Shown in pieces: positions 43,141 through 53,279 of a DNA stretch of 64,000 bases. The notes below the pieces were generated by a model. The model was not told the origin of the DNA. It ran no database searches and saw nothing but the letters and a program-made list of their open reading frames with translations. The translations under genes were made by a program, and so were the position numbers. Position 1 is the stretch's first letter. The number at the start of each line of letters is the position of its first letter. This DNA comes from Macrostomum lignano (Eukaryota), in NCBI GenBank assembly GCA_002269645.1, contig NIVC01001673.1, forward strand, positions 62,001 through 126,000, written 5' to 3'.

Positions 43141-43180
43141 CTTGTACCTTTACATTTCTTGTACCCTCGGAAAGTACCCT

Positions 43181-43585
43181 TTAGTCAAATTTGAAACCAC
43201 TTCCTTTTTTAATGCTAGCTCTCATCTTCTCATAGACTGCAGGGTCCACACTGTCTGGATTTGGGGCCAGCGAAGCCAGCGGAGCCAGCGGGGCCAGTGG
43301 AGCCAGAGGTTGAATCTCTTGTTTAGGTGTTACAGTATCCTTTATCTTTTTGGCTGCTGTGGCTACACTGCCAGCCGCTTCGGCAACGTTCTTGATGTTC
43401 TCTTTGTTCTCTCCAATGACCTTAAAAATCTTGGCCCCCTGAGCGATCAAATCAGCAAGGCCATTCCCAGAGCGTTCTTTTCTTGGATAGTGGCCTGCAG
43501 GGAAAAGTCCAGATCCGCGTTTAATAAGATTAAGTTCCTCTTTGTCATAGTATTTGTCCACGTCTTTCTCAAAAATAATCGGCAT
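43181..43585 (-). CDS. Small Polinton protein, 134 aa, candidate protease-processed core protein
   Basis: ATG in AAAAATG context; KRGSG, RSGNG, KKGSG motifs. Confidence 0.7.
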   Translation of the reverse strand: MPIIFEKDVDKYYDKEELNLIKRGSGLFPAGHYPRKERSGNGLADLIAQGAKIFKVIGENKENIKNVAEAAGSVATAAKKIKDTVTPKQEIQPLAPLAPLAPLASLAPNPDSVDPAVYEKMRASIKKGSGFKFD

Positions 43586-43601
43586 TTTTACTTGAAATAA
43601 A

Positions 43602-44822
43602 TTATTTTTTGTTGAACCGCGAAAGCAGAAGCTCTCTCGCCCGTTTGTCAATATACTTCTTTTCCATCATTTTGTCCAGGATGTTGACAAATTCTTTTCT
43701 ATTTTCATCTTTCATTCCGGTCTTTGCTGCTCCTAGAAGAACCGCTACTCGCTTGTAGATTTCAGAAATTCCTTTTCCTGTTGAGGGCGGTTGGTCTTGG
43801 GGTTGTGGAGTTGGTTGGGCTTGTAGCTGCTCGGGAGGTGATGCAAAAGACTGCTCACTTTCAGAGATGGAACTGTCATGTGGTGCCTGTCTTTGTTGAG
43901 GTGTGAAAACTCTTTGCTTGATTCTGTTCATTCGATCTGGAGAGTGTTGTTCTAAGTGTTGCCAGGCATCTGGGTGATCATTTTTATATTTAGCTACTTG
44001 AGTCGGATCTGCATTTTCCAGTTGCCTGAGTACTTCTGTAAAATGTTGTTGCTGTGGTTGTGGTTGTTGTTGTTGCTGTTGTTGTTGTTCTAGATATTTT
44101 AGGACTTCCGCCTGATCTGGCAAATCGAACCATTGTTTAAAGTGCTTGTACTTTTTGAATTTAGTCAGGTTGACACCGCTATCGTACATGTGTTTCAGAA
44201 CTTCTGGGACCTTTAGTATTTCTATATCTCTAACAAGAGAAAAAGTCACTAGATTTCTGTAGTTCTTTAGCTGCTTCTCGGAGATTTTCTCTTGGTTCTT
44301 GGTCATAAAAGTCAGTAAGGTGTCTGTGAAAGGAATTTTCATAGTTTCTGAGCCTTTGACAACAGAAATATTTTCCTTATTTATGTCGATATAATATTCC
44401 ACTGGTTCATTATAAATGTTTCTTCTCCACATACTTATTCCAAATACATATTTCCCATCATGTTCTACACGCTCTACTGGTCCAAAAATGTTATCTGTCA
44501 CTTTTAGTTGCTGTTGTGGTTGTGATTGTTGTTGTGATTGTTGTGGTTGCGGTTGTGTCTGTGGTTGCGGCTGTATCTGTGGTGCTTCTGGAATTTTGCC
44601 CAAAGTCTTTTGCACCTGGGTTTCCTGTATGTCGTCGATAGTTTCTTTGACCTGATCAATATTTTTCTTAGCTTCTCCATACCCAGGCTTATGAAACTCT
44701 GTGGCTGCTTGGACAAACTCATTGTAGGATTGTTGCTCCTTATTTATTAGCCCGGTAACTCGTTTCTCTGCTTGTGCTAGCTTCTCCAATTCAGATATCT
44801 GCTGTGTACTTTTTCGCTTCAT
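43602..44822 (-). CDS. Polinton protein, 406 aa, Q/P-rich middle and helical C-terminal domain
   Basis: Start at MKRKSTQQ (the longer ORF-track start overlaps the MCP); C-terminus GKG..IYKRVAVLLGAAKTG...EFVNILDKMMEKKYI resembles a motif I recall from Polinton ORFs. Confidence 0.7.
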   Translation of the reverse strand: MKRKSTQQISELEKLAQAEKRVTGLINKEQQSYNEFVQAATEFHKPGYGEAKKNIDQVKETIDDIQETQVQKTLGKIPEAPQIQPQPQTQPQPQQSQQQSQPQQQLKVTDNIFGPVERVEHDGKYVFGISMWRRNIYNEPVEYYIDINKENISVVKGSETMKIPFTDTLLTFMTKNQEKISEKQLKNYRNLVTFSLVRDIEILKVPEVLKHMYDSGVNLTKFKKYKHFKQWFDLPDQAEVLKYLEQQQQQQQQPQPQQQHFTEVLRQLENADPTQVAKYKNDHPDAWQHLEQHSPDRMNRIKQRVFTPQQRQAPHDSSISESEQSFASPPEQLQAQPTPQPQDQPPSTGKGISEIYKRVAVLLGAAKTGMKDENRKEFVNILDKMMEKKYIDKRARELLLSRFNKK

Positions 44823-44852
44823 TTCTAATTTTATTATATTTTTAGTTAAAAA

Positions 44853-46136
44853 ATGAACGACCCACTGACACCAGTTTTCTACAAAATTAACAAGCCTATT
44901 TTGAGTGATGATAGCACAATCAAAGCGACTCAGGTAAGAGTTCCCAGTCAGGAAAATCAGAATGAAACTAATCTTGGTCCTGGTCAAACACTGACATTTA
45001 CATACAATGGATGTTCGTCTTTGGTTAGTGTGCACAGTCTTAAGAGCGGCTTCCATATGACATTTCAATTCAAGACAAAGGGTGGTGCGGATGCGGCTCG
45101 TGCTAACGTTGACAAGCATGATGCGGATGTGGCTCTGATCAGTAACTTTTGGGCGTACATGTTCAAGGAGTTTAGTGTATCGAATGGGAGCACTGAGTTG
45201 GAGCGAATCGCCAACTTTGGAATTGTCTATGACGCTCATTGTTTGATCGAGAATCCTGATTTTATTCAATTGGGAAGTGGTGCGGGTTTTATTGCAGATG
45301 AAAAAGAAGGAGATATCAATGACAGTGGCTATAAAAATAGGAAGAAGAGATACAACTATGCATTGCAAGGTGCTGATGATGCTGCTAAGAACCCGCAGTA
45401 TCGGTCTGTTGATGTATTTGTACCATTGAGATTCATGAGTGGATTCTGTAATACATTTAATCGACTGACTAGTTTTAGCTACACCTTTAAGATGACTAGA
45501 GATGATCGCAGTAGAGTGTTGTGGACTGGGGCGGACCACACAAGGATGGAGGTGAAGCTAACCGGAATCGAGCTGTATTTGGAAGTCATTGAGCCAAAGA
45601 CCGCACTAAAAGCGGATTATCTCAAGGCAATAGAGAAGGACATTGATGTTGCATACACAGCCTACATGTGTCGAGATGAGCGAAACGAAACTAGAACAAA
45701 CATCTGCATTAAAGAGGGATCATGCAGCAATCCAAGGTATATCATTATTAACATGAGAAACCCAAATAGCATTATACGCTACATGCATGGAGACGTGCGG
45801 TCCATTCAGCATGAAATTAGTGATAATATTTACCCTGCACTGCCACAAAATGGAGATTTCAGTCAGAACAAGATTAGCAAATTTTACAGCGAGTTGGTTG
45901 ACTTGGCTGTGAAAGAGAACAATGGAATTGCTATCACTGCTCTTCAATATGGAACTCTATATCCAATGTTTGGCGCTGATGTGTCTGCCAGACAAATGCC
46001 TACTGATAACAGCCCTGTGAATATCGTGACTAACATTGAGAGGACTACCGCAACACCCGTGGACCTGTACATTATCTATGCATTTGAGAGGAAGGTGAAG
46101 CTTAACATGATCAACAATTCATCCAGTAAAGTTTAA
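44853..46136 (+). CDS. Major capsid protein (double jelly-roll), 427 aa
   Basis: Size, position and beta-rich pattern (SNFWAYMFKEFSV.NG..LE, VFVPLRFMSGFC, LTGIELYL); assignment by pattern, not by profile search. Confidence 0.8.
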   Translation: MNDPLTPVFYKINKPILSDDSTIKATQVRVPSQENQNETNLGPGQTLTFTYNGCSSLVSVHSLKSGFHMTFQFKTKGGADAARANVDKHDADVALISNFWAYMFKEFSVSNGSTELERIANFGIVYDAHCLIENPDFIQLGSGAGFIADEKEGDINDSGYKNRKKRYNYALQGADDAAKNPQYRSVDVFVPLRFMSGFCNTFNRLTSFSYTFKMTRDDRSRVLWTGADHTRMEVKLTGIELYLEVIEPKTALKADYLKAIEKDIDVAYTAYMCRDERNETRTNICIKEGSCSNPRYIIINMRNPNSIIRYMHGDVRSIQHEISDNIYPALPQNGDFSQNKISKFYSELVDLAVKENNGIAITALQYGTLYPMFGADVSARQMPTDNSPVNIVTNIERTTATPVDLYIIYAFERKVKLNMINNSSSKV

Positions 46137-46157
46137 ATATTTTTGTGGGTGAAAAAA

Positions 46158-47021
46158 ATGGAAGCGATTGCTGAAAGACTAAATAATATTGTTTCTCACT
46201 CCAAGGAGAGCGTTCCTGTTACAATAACTGGGCGAATTAATGACTCAAACGGGATATTTGTTCAAAAATTAGAGCAGGCGATTAGCCTGGATCCAGGTGC
46301 TAATTACCATGTCTATCTTAACGACTTCACTGGTTGGTCAAACGTTCCCAATGTGTCGGCAGCAAATAATAAGTTTTATTACAAATGGAAAGGTGCAGCA
46401 GCAGAACCTGTGGTATTCCCTGTGAGCACGCAGAGTGTGGATACCTACAATTACTTTCTAGAAAACGTATTTACTAAAAGAGGCCATTTTGAAACACCTG
46501 ATGCGAGTAAGCCAGATAAAAAACTGTTCCCTGTTAAACTAGCCTATGATCTCACTGTAATGAGAGTGGTCATGCAAATTCACAAAGATGCGGAGGTTGA
46601 GTTTAAAGATAACACTTGGTATAGGGAATTAGGATTCGAGAAGAAAGTTTATAAGGCAGAATCCGCGGCGCGGACTGTCACTCAAGCGACGGGGGCTGTT
46701 ATCATGGCCCGGGAAAGTGTACGCGGTTTGTTCTTAGCACCCAATATAGCAGACATTGTAAAGGGTTTGAATATTCTAATCAGAACTAATCTCAGTCTTG
46801 ATTGGGTATTTAAGGGAAAGCGAACTAATATTTTGTACAACATCTCCAACTCTGTAGCTGGAGGACAGATGGTGGTAGAGAAACCAAATCCAATGAAAAG
46901 AGTTGTATTGAGTAATAAGGAGATTCACGAGATTGTGCTACAGTTTGAGACTGAAGATGGGGTGGGTGTTGATTTCAACGGTGAAGAGTTTGTACTGACG
47001 TTGATCATTGAGAGAATGTGA
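46158..47021 (+). CDS. Minor capsid protein (penton-like single jelly-roll), 287 aa
   Basis: Follows the MCP; PNVSAANNKFYY, ILIRTNL, C-terminal IVLQFETEDGVGVDFNGEEFVLTLII. Confidence 0.8.
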   Translation: MEAIAERLNNIVSHSKESVPVTITGRINDSNGIFVQKLEQAISLDPGANYHVYLNDFTGWSNVPNVSAANNKFYYKWKGAAAEPVVFPVSTQSVDTYNYFLENVFTKRGHFETPDASKPDKKLFPVKLAYDLTVMRVVMQIHKDAEVEFKDNTWYRELGFEKKVYKAESAARTVTQATGAVIMARESVRGLFLAPNIADIVKGLNILIRTNLSLDWVFKGKRTNILYNISNSVAGGQMVVEKPNPMKRVVLSNKEIHEIVLQFETEDGVGVDFNGEEFVLTLIIERM

Positions 47022-47726
47022 GAAAAAATTACAATTGCTTAATGATTTCTGCAAAGTTATAAAGAGTTTCGCAAAAGAGAGATTCTCATTCTCCGGAGAG
47101 TTAAGAGCAGAAAATGAAAAAAAGTCAACCGCTTCACCGCCATTGGCATGCATGGACTGCTTGGGATTCCTTGATTGATATTGATTATTGGCCAAATTGC
47201 GAGGCCAGTTGGCCCGCCTAGTTGGCCTCGGCCCGCCGATTTGGCCTCGGAATGTGGCCCGCCTAGTTGGTCTCTACGGTATGAATATATGGAGGTAGAG
47301 AGAGGCGTTTGAGTTGGGAAGTCGGGAAGGGTTTAACTATTATTCTCAGCCCTGGCCAAACGCAACAGCTGCATTTAAAAAGTTGAGAAGCAGAGAGAGG
47401 GTATGTGGTTGATCGACTGCTATTTGCTTAAGGAGCGTAGCCCTTTAATCGATTTTGCGAATGTACAACTTCCACGCATGCTTTCCTTTCCGCTTTGGCA
47501 ACCCCAATCAACCAGTCAGTTCATAGCACGAAAGACTACCTAGTGTGGAGACGGCTTTCCTTTCCAATTGCCAAAATATTGGCGCGGCGCAGCAACCACT
47601 ATCACCTCAAACCCTACATGGTTTTTAAGTAAAGGCGGAAGCCAGCCAGCCCTCTTCACTCAATTCCTATTAGAAAACGCAATGGCTTAAAGAATTACAG
47701 TTAGAACCGCTCGACTTAACGCATTT

Positions 47727-48305
47727 GTGAACGATTTGATTAATTTAATACCTTTAGAGCAGAGAGATGGACTCCAACAATTGTTTGAAAATTTCAAAGA
47801 GGAGGAAATACAACACGATTTGGCTCGCATGGAAGGACAAACCCAACGCGATATTTCCACCTACGAAGCACGAGTAGCTGCTGTTTTCCAACGCCTTCGT
47901 GCTTCGTATGGAGTCGAAGTTCAAGCGCCAACAAGGGAGCTATCAGTGATCGAGGAAAGTATGCGCGCGTTGAACTTTCGTCATCTACCCACTGTTCTAC
48001 CCACTGTACAGAACATGCTGGCGGAATTATTTTACGATAAGCGCACATTAATTGTGTCATTTTACATCGGCTCCATCATTCACCGACTCAAACGTACACT
48101 AAAGTCGGTTCGGAATATAATTCGACGGCTTAATCTACAAGTGTCGAGGCAGACTTTGGACAAGAAGTTGAGAGTGTACGACTTATTGACAGAATTTCCG
48201 GCCCTACAGCGCTGCGCCGTACCAGTTAGCTTCGTTCTGGAAAATATGAAGCTCATTCGGGACGAGGTGCGCTACCAGGCGGATGCGGCGACGTGGAGAC
48301 AGTGA
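47727..48305 (+). CDS. Orphan helical protein, ~192 aa (start uncertain)
   Basis: Open frame with protein-like composition inside the Polinton; non-ATG start in the ORF track. Confidence 0.55.
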   Translation: MNDLINLIPLEQRDGLQQLFENFKEEEIQHDLARMEGQTQRDISTYEARVAAVFQRLRASYGVEVQAPTRELSVIEESMRALNFRHLPTVLPTVQNMLAELFYDKRTLIVSFYIGSIIHRLKRTLKSVRNIIRRLNLQVSRQTLDKKLRVYDLLTEFPALQRCAVPVSFVLENMKLIRDEVRYQADAATWRQ

Positions 48306-48520
48306 CGGTTACGGGTTATGACTTAGCCAATTTTAAATACGATCGCATTAGCAGTCTTGAGTTATTTTTAGTAACAAGTCATTTCCACTCACTCTTTTGT
48401 ATAATCGTATCAACCAATGAGAACGCTTAGAGTGGCTACCAGTGGGGCCATTTTTTAATGTTAGTAGAATGCATGAGAGGGTGAGACTTCAGTTCTCAAC
48501 CCTTCAAATTAGGCTTAATT

Positions 48521-48763
48521 TTAACGCAATTGCTTAATGATTTCTGCAAAGTTATAGTAGCTGTCGTAATCTTTTACGTAGGTTACTCCATACTTATGAA
48601 ACCAATGTCTTTGGAGAGCTATATTAATATTAGGGACATTGATATCAACGTCGGGCCAATATTTTTTCTTGTATTCGCTGCATTCTAGTTTGCATCGGTA
48701 CTTACTCTTGTAATTAGGCTCGTGCGCTTTGTAATAAGAACCTGGAGAGACAACTGGAAACAT
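48521..48763 (-). CDS. Small 80-aa Tyr/Lys-rich ORF
   Basis: AAAAATG context; its last ~30 nt are duplicated at ~47034-47065. Confidence 0.45.
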   Translation of the reverse strand: MFPVVSPGSYYKAHEPNYKSKYRCKLECSEYKKKYWPDVDINVPNINIALQRHWFHKYGVTYVKDYDSYYNFAEIIKQLR

Positions 48764-49158
48764 TTTTATTGAGAATTTATTATTTTTCGGAGGATGAGAA
48801 CCCTGGGTTAGGGGATTTAAAGTTTTAGGGATCTGGTTTCAACACTTCGCGTTGCGAATTGAATGTGGGGAAAAGAATGCAGATTATTTTCTGAATGTTT
48901 CGAAGATGCTATGGGTGGATTTGGAGCTGTTATGCTCAGAGCATAAACCCTCAGAGCATAACAGTAGGACACCTGTTATGCTCTGATTCTGTCAGGGATA
49001 ATATGGATGGATTTAATGGATTATGGAGGACGTTTTGTGAGCGAGTGCGACCCCCCCCCCTTTTTTTCTGATTCTGTCAGGGATAATATGGATGGATTTA
49101 ATGGGATTATGGAGGACGTGAAAAATTTTGTCCCAAAAGCCCCCTCATGCCTTCTACT

Positions 49159-50890
49159 AAGTATCCATCCTTAAATAGCAAGCATCCACCAGAGAACAAG
49201 TAGCTAGTGCAACAATTTCCTTAGCTTTATAATGGTTCCATTTTGTTTGGCATGACACTTCTTTTATGTTTGAAATGGTGTCTCTTTTTTGTTTAAAAAA
49301 GTGGCTCTTTAATGTTTGACATGGTAGCTCTTCTATGTTTGACATGGTAGCTCTTTTGTGTTTGACATGATAGCTCTTTTGTGTTTGACATGATAGCTCT
49401 TTAATTTTTAACATTGTGGCTCTTCTATGTTTGACATGGTAGCTCTTTAATGTTTGACATGGTAGCTCTTTAATGTTTGACATGGTGGCTCTTCTATGTT
49501 TGCCATGGTAGCTCTTTAATGTTTGACATGGTGGCTCTTCTATGTTTGCCATGGCGGCCCTTTTACGTTTGAAATGGTGTCTCTGTTATGTTTGACATGG
49601 TGGCTTAGTTGTTTGACATGGTGGCTTTTCTATGTTTGACATGGTGGCTCTTCTATGTTTGACATGGTGGCTCTTCTATGTTTGACATGGCGGCCCTTTT
49701 ACATTTGAAATTGTGTCTTTTTATATTGAGCATAATGGCTCAATAATGTTTTGACATGGTAGCTCTTTTATGTTTGATATGGTGGCTCCCTTATGTATGA
49801 CATGGTGTCTTTTTTATGTTTAACGTTTGACATGGAGTCATATATGTTTGACATGGTGGCTCTTTAATGTTTGATATTGAGTCACGTATATGTTTGACAT
49901 GGTGCCTCTTTTATGTTTGACATTGAGTCACGTATATGTTTCACATGATGGCTCTTTTATGTTTGACATGATGGCTCTTTTATGTTTGACATGGTAGCTC
50001 TTTTATATTTTACATGGTGGCTCTTTTATATTTTACTTGGTGGCTCTTTTATCTTTGACATGGTGGCTCTTTAATGTTTGAAATGTTGTCTCTGTTATGT
50101 TCGACATGGTGGCTCTTGAATGTTTGACATGGTGGCACTTTTATGTTTGACATGGTGGCTCTTTTATGTTTGACATGATGGCTCTTTTATGTTTGACATG
50201 GTGGCTCTTTAATGTTTGAAATGTTGTCTCTGTTATGTTCGACATGGTGGCTCTTGAATGTTTGACATGGTGGCACTTTTATGTTTGACATGGTGGCTCT
50301 TTTATATTTGACATTGCACTTCTTTTATGTTTGGCATTTTGTGTTTTAAAGTGTTTTAATAAAAAAAATTTTTTGCACTACTAAGATTCGAACCCAGGTC
50401 GCTACATTAGTAGTCCAGTCTGTTCGCATCTTGGCTATCTCTTTTAAATTGGAGAACATGAATTGTGGCCCTTATAATTCAATTCTTATAGCAAGTCAGT
50501 TAGAGTAAAAAGTTATGACATAATCAATTTCTCAGTCAGCCAGTATCAGTCTTAATTCAAGTAAGCAATATGGTTACGCAATTACAATCAAGTCTTGTGT
50601 GCATTTTTCAACACTGTTTTCATCTTGCTGTGATGCAATCTTTATCACAATTGAAATTCAGTCAGTCAGTTTTTTCTCTCGCATTTTACAATGCATTTCA
50701 GGTCGAAAGAGCTGCTTGACCTTTGCAAAAAAGCATGTTTTTCGAATATTTAATCCCTTTAAAATTGAGCAATTTCTTAGCCAGGATGCATGTACCGTCC
50801 CAGGAAAATTTCTGATCGAATGATTCAAGTTTGAAGAAAATCGGTTGAGCCATCAAGACAGGTCTGTCTGTCTGTCTGTCTGTCTGTTTG
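49159..50890 (-). mobile_element. tRNA-headed Helitron-like non-autonomous element, copy 1, with ~23-bp minisatellite (49290-50330)
   Basis: gaaaatcggttgag and (TCTG)n; tRNA-like 50376-50442 (GGTTCGAATC B-box); unit tttgacatggtggctcttttatg; Helitron class is inferred. Confidence 0.6.
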
Positions 50891-51394
50891 ACCGGTATTC
50901 CAGTCCACAGCCTGAATGCCTGAACCGATACTTTTCAAACTTGCTTTATTCAATTGCAAATTCTTGTGAGATTGTGTGGGTGTAATTGCATTGAAAAATT
51001 CGAATGAGAAGTTGGTTAAATATTCGAAAAACGAGTTTTTTAATGCTTTCAATGGGAGGCTAGAAAATGTCAAAATCTCACTAACTGAATTTCAATTCCA
51101 ATTAAGATTGCGCCACAACTTTTCTCTGTTCACTGTGTACGTGAAGACTCAATAAGGGAGTCAATACTGGCTGCAATAAAGGAGAGGAAAATAATGCTCA
51201 GTGGCTGCGTGTGTACATTCTGACCCTGGCTGACTGGCGGACTGCATAGAGAATTGCTATTTATAGATTTCATCACTCAACTCTGCATTGGCTCTGCCTG
51301 CACAACCTGTGCACACTGAGCAGCCTATCACTGCTATGTATTTGACTGCAGTGCCGAAGCATATATGGCTGATTTTTGCGCCCTCCGATCAGTA

Positions 51395-51470
51395 GGCGGA
51401 ATAGCCGCAGTGTAGGCACTAGGACTAGGTTTAGGCTAGGCATAAGGTCCAAGGTTCGAGTCCGCCTCCC
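51395..51470 (+). other. Degenerate tRNA-derived sequence (pseudo-tRNA/SINE head)
   Basis: A-box-like TAGCCGCAGTG and B-box GGTTCGAGTCC; anticodon and T stems do not pair. Confidence 0.5.
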
Positions 51471-52679
51471 CAGCGGTTAATTAAAATTAAATAAATTCAT
51501 TCATTAGTAGCTTCTGCCTCGACTATTTTGAAAATTTTTGATTAATTGTAATTAAATTTTTTTATTAATTACAATAATTTATTTTTGCTACTCGCACAAG
51601 CCACTAAGCAAATTTGATTTGATTTGTAAAATCCTAAGATCCCATTAATTGTTATTATCTAGGTCTATAGAAGTAGATATTACTAAACTGCAGGGGATTA
51701 AATTACTAAACTGCAGATGATGCTGCTAAACTGCTGAGGTATTGCTAAATGCTGAGTGGTGCAAGAGATATCCGATATGTATCGAAAATCGATTAGTGAG
51801 CCATAAAATGCTGAGCTAATTTCTACATTGTTGAAAGGATCATTGCAGTAGACGATGCTGCTAAACTGCTGAGGTATTGCTAAATGCTGAGTTGCGCAAG
51901 ACTGCCAATATGTATCGAAAATTGATTAGTGCGCCGTCGTAAATGCTGAGCAAATTTTTAAATAATTGAAAAGATCATTGCAGTTTGCTGAAAATACTGA
52001 GGGGCCAGCTGAGAGAACTGCAGACTGCTGAGGGGGTAAATGAGAATTATTAAGGAAACACTTGCTGACTGCAAATGAATTGACTGCAGACTACTGAGGG
52101 GAACTGCAGATTGTTGAAAGGATCATTGCAGACTGCAAAGGGTACAAACTGCAAACTGCTGACGTTGGTTAGTTTCTCGAGACTTATGAGCGTATAAGCT
52201 GCAAACTGCCGAGTGGATAGCTGCAGACTGCTAGGATAATAATGGCAGACTAGGATAATAATGTCAGACTTCTGAGGCGGATATCTAACTGTGAATAATT
52301 GTAGCTTGCAGAAGGGACAATTCTGGGTCCCTGAGGGATAAATGAATAATAATAATAAAAGTTGTAGAGTGCAAATGAGCTGTATGACTGCAGTCTGTTT
52401 TGCGGAATTAGAAGGGATAATTTCAGGTTGTTGTGGGGATAACTGCCAATTTCTGGGGAGGGTTTAACTTTAAACTTCTGAGGCGATAGTAGTAGTCACC
52501 TTTTAGCAGTTTGGGAGTGGTGCTAATCTGGGGAGCGGTGCTATCTAAGGGAGTGGGGCTAATCTGGAGGAAGTAGCGGTGCAAATTTTTGCGGAGTAGT
52601 GCAAATCTGGAGAAGTAGTGCTAATCTGGGAAGGTGAAACTATCTGGGAAGCGGCGGTAATCTGTGGAGCGGTGCTAAT

Positions 52680-52960
52680 CTAGGCTGAGTGCTAATTTGG
52701 GCTGAGTGCTAATCTAGGCTGAGTGCTAATCTAGGCTGAGTGCTAATCTGGGCTGAGTGCTAATTTAGGCTGAGTGCTAATCTGGGCTGAGTGCTAATCT
52801 GGGCTGAGTGCTAATCTGGGCGCAGTGCTAATCTGGGCGCAGTGCTAATCTAGGCTGAGTGCTAATCTGGGCTGAGTGCTAATCTAGGCTGAGTGCTAAT
52901 CTGGGCGCAGTGCTAATCTGGGTGTAGTGCTAATCTGGGGGAAGTGGGGCTAATCTGGGG
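52680..52960. repeat. 17-bp minisatellite
   Basis: Unit taggctgagtgctaatc. Confidence 0.9.
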
Positions 52961-53279
52961 GTGTAGGGCTAATATGGGAGAATAGCGCTAATCTGGTGAG
53001 GATTTGAATATAACGAATAATCATAAAAGAACTATAAATGAATTGACATTGCAAAGTTTCAAACATTAAGAAATGTAACTTTTTAGAACTTTTTAGTCTC
53101 AGTAAAATTGGTGTACAACTGCTTAGAGATTTGCTACTGCAGAACTTCTCGGAGATTAATTAGTGAGATTTGCTCAGCGACTGTGCAAAACTGCTTATAG
53201 ACAAGCGCTAAACTGCTAAGAAGCCACCTGGAGGGGGGCTAAATGGCTAGTCCATATACTAACAATGGTCTGTCGGTAT

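Larger units (their letters stand above)
36273..49158. mobile_element. Polinton/Maverick-type endogenous virus, left end missing, no integrase in window
   Basis: pPolB, adenain-like protease, A32-like ATPase, major and minor capsid proteins in a compact AT-rich gene array; candidate right terminus reads 5'-AGTAG on the - strand at 49158. Confidence 0.9.

Noticed and set aside
43602-45539. 645-aa ORF as annotated in the track
   Set aside because: The first ~240 codons are antisense to the MCP; the likely start is the ATG at 44822
50376-50442. Functional tRNA genes here, at 51395-51470 and at 53786-53850
   Set aside because: A and B boxes are present but the cloverleaf stems do not pair; treated as repeat-borne tRNA-derived heads
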